Shown here: positions 20,001 through 26,661 of the stretch, piece after piece | Numbering within the stretch: the stretch's first letter is position 1 | Layout of the letters: each line of letters opens with the position of its first letter | Assembly: GCA_002502095.1 (NCBI GenBank) | Contig: DAPJ01000028.1 | Location: 37,387-101,386 of the forward strand | Source of the DNA: Euryarchaeota archaeon UBA62 | GTDB taxonomy: Archaea; Thermoplasmatota; Poseidoniia; Poseidoniales; Thalassarchaeaceae | Reading direction: 5' to 3' | Length of the DNA: 64,000 nt | Program-made: the position numbers and the translations under genes | The notes under the pieces: model-generated | Databases searched by the model: none | What the model saw: the letters and a program-made list of their open reading frames with translations, nothing else | Told to the model about the DNA's origin: nothing

Positions 20001-23000
20001 CAGAGAACCCCGTTACCTTCCTCACAGGGATATCAGCAGTTCTTAGCATGACGGCAAAGAGCGAAGTAAATTGGTCACAGCTTCCCTCAAATGAATTATT
20101 GAGAATCCAATATGCCATATCAGACTCTTCTCCTAAACCAGTTATTTCCCCTAATGATGGAATATTGGTTCCATTGTTATTTCTCAGGAATGTAATTGTG
20201 TCATTACCTTCTGTGATGAAGTCAGCTATGGCAGATACTTTATCCCATGCCGATAACGCTCCGGATTCATTGATTATCGATTGTGTTATTCCGGAGACGA
20301 ATTCATTCATATTGCCCCTTGAAGTAAAGATTGGAGGAAGATCTGTAGCATAGTCAGATCCAGTAAACACAGTAGAGTTATCTCTGATTGCCTGAGTGAT
20401 GTTTACTTGTGGAGTAGTGATAAACATTGTATCAATCGGAGAACTGTCTACGATTATATCCCTTGTGAAATTAGAAAAATTCAGCCCTGCAGTTGGATCA
20501 GTCCAACCTGTGAAATTTACCGTATTGTGGGGCAGAATAAGCTCCTCCCCGATATCAGCCACTCCCGGTCCTCTGTAACTAATCTCCCAGCCCATTAGGG
20601 TTGAGTTATCCCAGAATTGCTGATCTGAGACCCCTTGTGTAGTAGAGAATCCGGGCACCATTTCAGTATTGCCTACAAGAGAGGTATTTACGCCCCATGA
20701 TATCCCAGTGTATTGATCGTACGTGTGCCATCTCCAGTAAATTGTATTCTCAGGGTTTAGTATAGATGATTGATTTGTGGCATAGAGGTAAATGGAATTA
20801 GGGGAAATATCATCTGACGGATCCCAGGGATTGTTCGGAGAGTCTTCACACTGGCCGTCCCAGTAGTCCGAGGTACACTCCTGTCCGTCTGGGACACCCC
20901 CTCCATCAGTATCGGGATCTCTCCAGTCAGTTCCAGTAGAGTTTTCGATTGTATCTGGGATTCCATCTCCATCCGTGTCTACCGGATTTCTATCATCATT
21001 AGGGTTATCTTGAGGATTTGTACCATCAATATATTCTTGGAAATCTGTCACACCTCCATTATCGGTATCTGACAAATTCCACAGGGTGAAGTAAGTATCG
21101 TTAGTGAAGTTCCCCCCCATGCCAGGAAACAATACTACGCATCCTGTTGTATTTTCAAAGTAATTATTCAATCCATCCCCATCGGAGTCAAGTAGGTTTT
21201 CACACGGGTCCAGAGGGTCAGTACCGTTTAGGATTTCATCTAAATCCTCTACTCCGTCCGAATCGGTATCCACAAGATTTGGATTGGTGGGGAATCCCCA
21301 TGTGGACAGGTACTCTTCCCAGTCGGCGAGTCCGTCACCATCTGAATCGGAGTAATCATCGTCACAAATTGGATCATTAACTGCCCCTACAGTAGCATCC
21401 CAACACCACGAAAAGTTAGTGAAGAGGACTGTGGAAGTATTGGCCGGCAGGTCAACGTTAACGCTTCTTAGTACGTCTGAATCTATACTTTCATATCTGA
21501 ACTCTACTAGAGTCCCATTAGATTGAACATAATACGCCATTGGAGCATCTGTCTGTCTCCAATCCAGAGGTGATTGATCCAATTCAGAAGTCGAGTTGAG
21601 AGTCAGAGAAGATGTGACTGCATCCCAACCAACTATTTGGAGAGTAAGTTCCTCTTCTGATAAGCAGGGATCAGAGTTATGGAAAGGTAGAATCTCATCA
21701 CCGTCGGATACCCCTCCACCATCTGTATCGAAAACGTTCCAAAGTGTGCATGTCATATTCTCCTCCCAATTTTGAATACCATCCCCATCAAAATCTCCTG
21801 CATCCTCTATCCTAGTTGGATCAGTTTCGTTCATATCCACTATGCCATTGCCATTGAGATCCTCCTCCCCATCGTCAAATTGATCCCCGTCTGTATTGTT
21901 ATTCCTAGGGTCGCTAGCTTGTGGCGGATCTCCATACTGACCATTGACCTCAACTCCATCTTCTATGCCATCAGAGTCAGTATCGACAGAGGTAGGGTCT
22001 GTTAAGAGAATTAATGCCTCATACGAGTCATTAAGTCCGTCTCCATCAGTATCGTTTGACTGAGGATCAGTGGACGTAATGCCATCTACCTCCGCAGTTA
22101 GAAATTGACATCCCCCTGGTCCCAGTGACAATACCGGATTACAAGGCGATTCGGTTGCAGTCATGGCTAGTGGACCGGGTCTGAAATACTGAGTAGGAGG
22201 AGTTGTAGAGCCATTTCTAGTCCCCCAAGCCGGATTGACATATTCCTTCAGATTGATTAGTCCATCGCCATCTGGATCCCCAAATGTACCATCCATATTA
22301 CTGTTAGATGTCGGATCTAATCCATTAGCGGCTTCCCATCCATCGGGCATTCCATCTCCATCAGTGTCCCATCCATCTGGGTCCTCGTCGGCGATACCAT
22401 CCCCGTCATCATCATCACTAGAGCAGTTAGCATCACCATCCCCATCTCCATCAAAGTTATCCACCATTCCATCTTTATCGTCGTCAAATGTGTTGAAGCA
22501 AATATTTCCCCTAGGATCTTCATCTGCACCATCAGAATTTAGACCTTGAATGAGTTGCATGGCACTTTCTTCATCCCAATCCCTGACTGGAACGGTTCCA
22601 TTCCACCATACTCCATTATCTAGAACGTTTGGAGTAGATGGCAAATCCCAGCCAGAGGGCATAGAGTATTGATACTCATTGAGATTGGTAAATGCATCTC
22701 CATCCGGATCTCCAGTAGATCCATTATCTCCGTTTTGAGATAGAGGATTTAGTCCATACTGCCACTCCCACCCGTCTGGAAGTCCGTCGTTATCAGAGTC
22801 CCAGTCTTGAGGTTGTGTATTGATGTAGAATTCGAGACCGTAGGATAGTCCGTCTCCATCCTGATCTGAAGACGCTAAAGCCTCCCAAGCACTGAACTCC
22901 AACGCAGAATAGGAAGACAGTAGCATCAAGAGTGAGAATGTAATTGCTGAGCGGTGTTTTCTGGCCGACTTCGCATCTTTTGAAAGATTCACAATAGAGC

Positions 23001-23013
23001 CCACGCTACTCAC
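14029..23013 (-). CDS. Giant (2994 aa) secreted surface protein: TSP3-like Ca-binding repeats, transglutaminase-like core, long array of Ig/CarboxypepD_reg-like modules, single TM, cytoplasmic DUF4129-like domain
   Basis: This is a single uninterrupted ORF. It has an N-terminal hydrophobic signal (ITFSLLMLLSSYSALEF) and D-x-D-x-D-G repeats. The TGase-like core is GSCDQFTSLFAVMLRTADIPVRKVTGF. T-D-x-N-G-x-F modules recur along the ectodomain. The TM helix is AIISILLVVFMIGVSALVVTI and the tail ends ...LDRIFEEARYSSHVL. Confidence 0.9.
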   Translation of the reverse strand: MSSVGSIVNLSKDAKSARKHRSAITFSLLMLLSSYSALEFSAWEALASSDQDGDGLSYGLEFYINTQPQDWDSDNDGLPDGWEWQYGLNPLSQNGDNGSTGDPDGDAFTNLNEYQYSMPSGWDLPSTPNVLDNGVWWNGTVPVRDWDEESAMQLIQGLNSDGADEDPRGNICFNTFDDDKDGMVDNFDGDGDGDANCSSDDDDGDGIADEDPDGWDTDGDGMPDGWEAANGLDPTSNSNMDGTFGDPDGDGLINLKEYVNPAWGTRNGSTTPPTQYFRPGPLAMTATESPCNPVLSLGPGGCQFLTAEVDGITSTDPQSNDTDGDGLNDSYEALILLTDPTSVDTDSDGIEDGVEVNGQYGDPPQASDPRNNNTDGDQFDDGEEDLNGNGIVDMNETDPTRIEDAGDFDGDGIQNWEENMTCTLWNVFDTDGGGVSDGDEILPFHNSDPCLSEEELTLQIVGWDAVTSSLTLNSTSELDQSPLDWRQTDAPMAYYVQSNGTLVEFRYESIDSDVLRSVNVDLPANTSTVLFTNFSWCWDATVGAVNDPICDDDYSDSDGDGLADWEEYLSTWGFPTNPNLVDTDSDGVEDLDEILNGTDPLDPCENLLDSDGDGLNNYFENTTGCVVLFPGMGGNFTNDTYFTLWNLSDTDNGGVTDFQEYIDGTNPQDNPNDDRNPVDTDGDGIPDTIENSTGTDWRDPDTDGGGVPDGQECTSDYWDGQCEDSPNNPWDPSDDISPNSIYLYATNQSSILNPENTIYWRWHTYDQYTGISWGVNTSLVGNTEMVPGFSTTQGVSDQQFWDNSTLMGWEISYRGPGVADIGEELILPHNTVNFTGWTDPTAGLNFSNFTRDIIVDSSPIDTMFITTPQVNITQAIRDNSTVFTGSDYATDLPPIFTSRGNMNEFVSGITQSIINESGALSAWDKVSAIADFITEGNDTITFLRNNNGTNIPSLGEITGLGEESDMAYWILNNSFEGSCDQFTSLFAVMLRTADIPVRKVTGFSGGYWNGEAFEVYGKDFSSWVEVHLQTNQNLGNADLGWIPFEACPAMSLVEVTDESWGPLWLDRDLSGQSIWMNGTLRFTDNQTSVAGVGVEMYLVESNMTNQIPGLAAVSQHLVGTAVTDSNGSFNITGMPTEAVNPGNSSLVIMTKTLDYVGSQGIFSGWNVNITDDITLSLSEPRPITEPKIGIGVNTTITGSVSLENIPYNDISLIDSMQILMNYTTSQDGPVSLISSIGPGGYFEFTVSINESEQEGLIPATLDYTGWHQFDLNNASGPVFHIRPYSETINLNLTQAPNLTVSLEGQGLNNTVLEINNRIYLNGTALSKSEIPESLNGTLTLQMRRSGTNAPFQTLNSWYLNDSDWLSNPGQFAVNWTFLDSDVPIPAGLVEIRYQYLADQLFAKDETTVVDQHGIKSYIVFNYTMIPAPKGSTSDILVSLSDHTGAEITTFPGFFSLSVNETEVWNISDPDVPKIVPSWSPSLTTPAGDYPWVLSYNGSTWISPNQTTDNVRIQGRASPIFNLGTEWVPMGNTTWISGSVIDSDLNSTVLGNNTSVSLFLDVPSSLPAGPDGNPLPPDRYTLGSEWLDTTTGEYNISFSMPSGIGSGVYQAILVLDFEKNSPGGIPYFFDPATENSLDIGIQTMFDVQSTNTSAIVVAGENLSASATVRDIESNERLSNATVEIYFDWGGPLQQLLNTSVTGNDGVVEFQSTIPSDAPPGYYDVLILAPDDLTDSLESQDAGRWLANESYMNLTVQVVSNVRIDNSPLPEVTAGQSFLVTGKVMDSFDINRTVSGPVSIEIFFLNDPSEKLVTGFATSPNGTFSISVPTDPLGDGVSNGLKTVVVSVENGSSPFYLTGTGSDSILVRGVVQFIDRVPLINTIVDRGSSVSFGAKLAESSNNDREIAGMNVSAKFHDTWMTSEISSNSGGYVNFSFDVPHSHPLGAISVMLMFNGSNGTETLHTSFTYINTIIVRSPTSISFSPITANPTAGDFLDVSGNLTSSNGSGIVDRSGNPLSPSLTFMIDNVSTGFSVSGGAVDSNGSWSARIFLDMTFPRGTHNISATYTPTVNYYSSSSSNGTFDSRGFSMISIIDPTDLDPDARTIRGDPLNLNISIMDNAGENVGNVEVKILVDGIETWSGFTDSNGLINTNLSTDPNRVPGPMTVTAVFDGINGTTGLSGDQTWTRIIILAPTVIEVSNISGSAVAGERVIFSGTLLDERGLPLVEDGSPKGGVVHLYIDGIDVGPLYIDVSNSTSGTWQITYDLPLDMDYGQHTFSIEFLGGFTWVDPMGQGDSLNPEYYLSSIITSPFNVTQTSQVVLTTPQGEIDRNELLLIEGILTDGAGRPLPNRALEAYMNGQMLTSLNVDGNGSFSLFFPVPSDMLLGPREVTLLFQGEEFILGSNSTTIFTVFSPTTLTVEDPMPVAVGDVLNLRGNVRDNLPDGWLSNHSLQIFVDGILIGTTVTEEDGSWHLSWVVSEFLDVGVHPVTVISPDQGYYRQTSVETNLTIAYHTTITLNVENSVATRGGTWNFSGRLYDSDTPGTPGLENREVSFLLDGIEILVVTTGADGTFSFTHELGYSISRGAHLVSVNFYGEELYLSDSTNTTVFSRADINVEILLISDEVVRSDESRPIRVRGRVLEIGGDGNTMEEMEMSLLWEGSLEPNAIISWDQATGQFLITSNAKTYMPPGNSIFTIDVEPDAERFLNGASIEFDLQILVSVDFEFIPDKIFIERGQSKISGKINVTASDDNRAPPVEGVSITARLTNDTDTLFTVVGMTDMNGIFNYQFESFHDDHSFWDRDFWGELKIEFSSDSDIIDPVNATQLAQFSEVNINYQAEASDSLLRPAIISILLVVFMIGVSALVVTIRNRKKAAIDELAGVFSYTAELLAAGDEVREAIFNCYEGLCKILMSRGFLRRDFETVREFEMAIRSALPISEQALLSLDRIFEEARYSSHVLGNQHRESAQMALNSVLQEIDQLEEVPLRSKGKIIED
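14032..14400 (-). other. Cytoplasmic DUF4129-like helical domain at the C-terminus of the giant protein (after the TM helix at 14413-14475)
   Basis: EAIFNCYEGLCKILMSRGFLRRDFETVREFEMAIRSALPISEQALLSLDRIFEEARYSSHVL follows the DUF4129 pattern (T-x-x-E-F ... E-x-A-R-Y-S). Confidence 0.6.
19865..20125 (-). other. Transglutaminase-like (papain-fold) core region of the giant protein
   Basis: G-S-C-D-Q-F (Cys codon at 20077-20079), followed by ...DIPVRKVTGFSGG...FSSWVEVH...LGWIPFEACP, matches the order of the TGase-core C / H / D blocks. Confidence 0.65.
20815..22866 (-). repeat. Coding array of about 17 thrombospondin type-3-like calcium-binding repeats (two blocks) within the giant gene
   Basis: Examples are DQDGDGLSYGLE, DSDNDGLPDGWE, DPDGDAFTNLNEY, DTDGDGMPDGWE, NDTDGDGLNDSYE, VDTDSDGIEDGVE, DFDGDGIQNWEE, DSDGDGLADWEEY, VDTDSDGVEDLDE, LDSDGDGLNNYFE, VDTDGDGIPDTIE and DPDTDGGGVPDGQE. 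Confidence 0.8.
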
Positions 23014-23082
23014 CTCTAACCTAGGGCGGAAAGTAGGGCTCTTAAGAGGAATGGAGCGTCGTTCGGACGTTGCCTCAATCTA

Positions 23083-26028
23083 TTAGACGAGTTCAATGTC
23101 GTCATCGTCGTAGACGTCATCCTCATCTTCTTCCTCTTCTTCGAGAGAAAACACCGGCGCGGGTATGTCATCAACTTCTTCTACATCTTCTTCTGAGTCA
23201 TCCGAAATAGCTTCCAAATAAGCCATATGAGACTTCCATCTTCGACGATTCAATGCTGATTGGGTGCCGGCAATAAGAAGCATAATGGCGATAATCCCAA
23301 CTACATATGTCGACAGTCTTGGATGAGTGAACTCATTCACTAAACGTTCTATCAGGGAGTCAATACCAACAGTCATTACAACCGTTGCCTTAGCAGTTGA
23401 GTCATCAGGCCAGCTTTGGTCGGTATCGAAGGGCGTTGCACTAACCATTATGCTAGAAGAGTCCCCATTATTGGATGACTCCGGGACAGAGACCTCTAGG
23501 ACGAATGTCGCCTCCTCGAATGCCTCTAGAACAACTAGAACTGATCCGGATGGCCCGTCAATCTCTACGCTCCATGAAGAGGAGTCAGATTCGGCCTCGA
23601 GAAGAATCGTAAGCGGACTATTTCCGAGATTCTTCACTTTCATCTGAATCTCTACTGTGTCTCCTGGGGATAGTAGCCTATTTGGGGAAACCTGTACGAT
23701 TTCTAGTGTTGGCTCATCAGAGTCTATTTCGAAGACCATCGGGAGATCAAAATATCTTGGGTCTTCATCGGGAGTATCCTCTACAACCCTAAGGTATACG
23801 GTGTGATTCCCAAACTCAACCTGGCTAGTGAGGGTGATGGTCACAAAAACTTCGGTCTCATCGCCAGGTGCTAGAGAGACTCTTGGAACAGCATTCCCAG
23901 AGTCATCTTCGATTCTGAACTGCCATTGCCCATATGCGGCATTCCTATCTTTATTCTCCTCTAGTGAAGCGGGATTCTGAATCCTCCACCATGTGGCCGA
24001 CTCTCCAGATGTCATTGTATTCGTGATTTTAGCCCTTAGGGAGACTTCAGCATTTCCAGAACCGGGAGAACATAGAGATACTGTAATGTGCCCAAGTGGA
24101 GATCCATCGCAGTCATAGGAAACCTCTGCTCTGATTCCGAATGTCCTCTGAATTGTGAATTCAATTGTAGATGACAGGTTACTCTGGCCGGTGCTGACTA
24201 CTTCTAATTCAACAGTGCCGATATCCGGATCCAGCCTATCAGATGAAGGTTTGACCAGGATTCTGAGAGTTTGTGTCTCATGCCTGTCAAGGAGGGCGGT
24301 GTGGAAAGTCCCGTCTCCATCATCCTCTAGAATTCTCTCGCCAGTGTCATTATCATATACCTGAATAATGGCTTTAGCTCTTTGGAGAACATCAATCTTG
24401 AACTCATCTGCATCAAAACCCGTATTGAAAATCTCCATCAAGAAAGGAGTGAACTGATCATAGTCAACATAGCTGTTTGCAGAAGCTTCGAAGTCGTCTG
24501 GTCTTGAAGAATTAGCTACAGCAACCTCATGATCTTCTGACCATATTGAAACTTGGGGAGGCTGGAAAACATCCATCTTCTTTAGGTCCAATTGTAATGT
24601 ATCTTGATGCACTACCTGCAACACCCCATCTACCTCTGCCTCAGCTACAGCCCTGATGTCAATCGAGCTTGGGGCACCAGTGAGATCCTCAGGCGCTGTT
24701 AAGGTAAGGATAGGATTGAGTATGTCCCCTCCCGAGTTTAACGTGTATCCCCCGGGAGAGTCGAACTCTATAAGCCAAGAGCTAGGGAAATTTGTCAATA
24801 CTTCTAGCTCTACATCCATTGATTTAGTCGAATCTCCCCTATGCACCATCTGGAGAGAGATAGGCGTTGTCTGCTCGGGGGCTATGTATTCAGTTGACCT
24901 ATCTTGCCGATGATTTAATGCAACCCCCCACTGTTCCATATTCACAGGTTCATGCTCGACTATCACGCTGTTTCCCTGAATATCAGATACTTCGAGCTCG
25001 ACGGAGTATTCGCCTGAAGGAATCCCACTTGGGTATGACCAGAGATACTCTCCGAAAATGCCTTGGCTTGTATCCTCAATATCCTCATCATCCTCGTCGA
25101 TAACATGATCAATTCTGTAAATACCATTGGGGTCTCTCATCAACAATCTTACCGAATCAACATCATATCTACCGAAGCTACTTTTGACATCGAATGAAAA
25201 TTGCATTACTCTTTCAGAGAGGATATCGTTAGGATACCAATCCAACTCAGCCCCTTCGGCTAGCTCCGCTCCCTCTCTTTGTAGTAGAACCAAGCTGTTA
25301 GCGATTGCATTGGCTTCAATTTCCAGAGTACTGAATCTTTCATCACCATCAATTTCGTTCCATGCCACTTCTGCTTCACAGCTCGATGATCCCCCCCATG
25401 GACTCCCGCCTCCACTGTCACATCCGGACATGTCAGCATCGATTATTAGTTCCAAGCGTTCATCCTTGTCTATTGTGAATGTCTCATCACTTCCAATATC
25501 GATTTCAAATGTCTCATGATCAAAACTACAGCTTTGAGTAAGTCCGGGATTGCAGGCTTCTGAAGACCAAGACGCCGAACCAACCTGAGATCCAGATGCT
25601 TTTAGAGTGAGAGTCCAGTCAACAGTAGCGGTATCTGGGCCTGTGGATCTAAGAAATATTCCGATTGGCAGGTAATAAGAGCCAGAACCCGAACCGTGGT
25701 TAGGTCTACCTGCTATCTCAAGACTTGAGAGCATCGGACTTGTCTTGAATTCGATGCTACTGCTTAATGCGCTCATGGACTCCTGACCCCCGGACTCAGG
25801 AACTTGTGTGGTGATGTATCCATCTCCCCCTGCAGATGAATTCTGAGATGCGATGTACATCGTGTAGAGGTTCATCTGAACATCACTCGAAGCGTTGAAA
25901 TTAGTGGTTTCGTTTAGCTCACTATTGGAAACTGTAGAAGCCCCGTATGGTATGAGAAGGACCAAGCAAAGAGCCAATGCCATAGCCCTGCTCTTACGAA
26001 CGTAGTTCGCTGTACTCCTCCCTTGCAC
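23083..26028 (-). CDS. Secreted type I membrane surface protein (981 aa) with CARDB/NEW3-like repeats and poly-acidic cytoplasmic tail
   Basis: The GTG start gives a signal peptide with a basic n-region (VRKSRAMALALCLVLLIPYGAS). It has motifs KVKNLGNSPLTILLE and EIFNTGFDADEFKI, a TM helix YVVGIIAIMLLIAGTQ, and the tail EEEEEDEDDVYDDDDIELV. It sits 69 nt upstream of, and co-oriented with, the giant gene. Confidence 0.85.
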   Translation of the reverse strand: MQGRSTANYVRKSRAMALALCLVLLIPYGASTVSNSELNETTNFNASSDVQMNLYTMYIASQNSSAGGDGYITTQVPESGGQESMSALSSSIEFKTSPMLSSLEIAGRPNHGSGSGSYYLPIGIFLRSTGPDTATVDWTLTLKASGSQVGSASWSSEACNPGLTQSCSFDHETFEIDIGSDETFTIDKDERLELIIDADMSGCDSGGGSPWGGSSSCEAEVAWNEIDGDERFSTLEIEANAIANSLVLLQREGAELAEGAELDWYPNDILSERVMQFSFDVKSSFGRYDVDSVRLLMRDPNGIYRIDHVIDEDDEDIEDTSQGIFGEYLWSYPSGIPSGEYSVELEVSDIQGNSVIVEHEPVNMEQWGVALNHRQDRSTEYIAPEQTTPISLQMVHRGDSTKSMDVELEVLTNFPSSWLIEFDSPGGYTLNSGGDILNPILTLTAPEDLTGAPSSIDIRAVAEAEVDGVLQVVHQDTLQLDLKKMDVFQPPQVSIWSEDHEVAVANSSRPDDFEASANSYVDYDQFTPFLMEIFNTGFDADEFKIDVLQRAKAIIQVYDNDTGERILEDDGDGTFHTALLDRHETQTLRILVKPSSDRLDPDIGTVELEVVSTGQSNLSSTIEFTIQRTFGIRAEVSYDCDGSPLGHITVSLCSPGSGNAEVSLRAKITNTMTSGESATWWRIQNPASLEENKDRNAAYGQWQFRIEDDSGNAVPRVSLAPGDETEVFVTITLTSQVEFGNHTVYLRVVEDTPDEDPRYFDLPMVFEIDSDEPTLEIVQVSPNRLLSPGDTVEIQMKVKNLGNSPLTILLEAESDSSSWSVEIDGPSGSVLVVLEAFEEATFVLEVSVPESSNNGDSSSIMVSATPFDTDQSWPDDSTAKATVVMTVGIDSLIERLVNEFTHPRLSTYVVGIIAIMLLIAGTQSALNRRRWKSHMAYLEAISDDSEEDVEEVDDIPAPVFSLEEEEEDEDDVYDDDDIELV

Positions 26029-26169
26029 GTTTTACCGCCCATGCAAGTGGCGTTAAAGCGTTCGTGCGCCTTGGGCCACTGATACGTCAATTATGGGGGT
26101 CGGCAATATGACTCATTCTGAGACTTCGAAGCGCTCGATTCAAGGAGTATGACCCCTTCCTAGTAACCT

Positions 26170-26255
26170 GCAGAGGTACCCGAGCTGGTCAAAGGGGCCG
26201 GACTTAAGCTCCGGTGCATAGTGCTTCGCAGGTTCAAATCCTGCCCTCTGCACCA
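26170..26255 (+). tRNA. tRNA-Leu (anticodon UAA), class II with long variable arm, genomically encoded CCA
   Basis: Folded by hand. Acceptor stem GCAGAGG/CCTCTGC. Anticodon stem CCGGA/TCCGG with loop CTTAAGC (TAA). Variable arm TGCATAGTGCTTC (GCA/TGC stem). T arm GCAGG-TTCAAAT-CCTGC. Discriminator A, then CCA. Confidence 0.93.
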
Positions 26256-26660
26256 TTACCTCTTCCTAGACATCTTACAGCCGAATTTTGCATCTCCTTC
26301 GAGAATATCCATCTTGGTGATTTTTATTGATGCCTCGGAAACTTGGAGCGGGATCATTAGCTTGTCCAATATTCTTGAGCCTAAGGACTCAAGCAGTGAG
26401 AGTCTGGTTCCACTAATTGAATCCTCTATTGATTCCAGCAAATACTCATAATTCACTACATCAGTGATCTTATCTGATTTAGGAGGTTCTGAACCGGGTA
26501 TCGATACTTCGATATCAAAACGTAACCTTTGGGGGAGACCTATCTCATGAGCGTGAATTCCGATATCAACTTCCCTGAATAGTTCGCTTAGAAAAATCAC
26601 CGTCCTTCCAGGCCCCTTATCAACTGTAAAATGACTCGGTCCATCTGAATAGTGGTCCAT
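26256..26660 (-). CDS. Dihydroneopterin aldolase / epimerase family protein (FolB/FolX-like)
   Basis: The start is set at ATG 26660 (MDHYSDG), 1 nt after the upstream SDR stop, with GGAGG 6 nt upstream. LSELFREVDIGIHAHEIGLPQRLRFDIEVSI...DVVNYEYLLESIEDSISGTRLSLLESLGSRILDKLM...IKITKM aligns with the FolB/FolX pattern. Confidence 0.72.
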   Translation of the reverse strand: MDHYSDGPSHFTVDKGPGRTVIFLSELFREVDIGIHAHEIGLPQRLRFDIEVSIPGSEPPKSDKITDVVNYEYLLESIEDSISGTRLSLLESLGSRILDKLMIPLQVSEASIKITKMDILEGDAKFGCKMSRKR

Positions 26661-26661
26661 C

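Noticed and set aside
14660-22549. About 25 ORFs of 60-143 aa, on either strand, listed within the span of the giant gene
   Set aside because: All lie entirely within the single 9-kb ORF and have Ser/Pro/Ile-rich, low-complexity translations. That is the expected mirror or frame-shifted image of Asp/Gly/Asn/Thr-rich codons. None has start-site signals, so I treat them as out-of-frame artefacts.
26221-26451. 76-aa plus-strand ORF beginning inside the tRNA-Leu gene
   Set aside because: It starts within the tRNA T-arm and runs antisense through the folB-like gene, so it cannot be reconciled with either better-supported feature.
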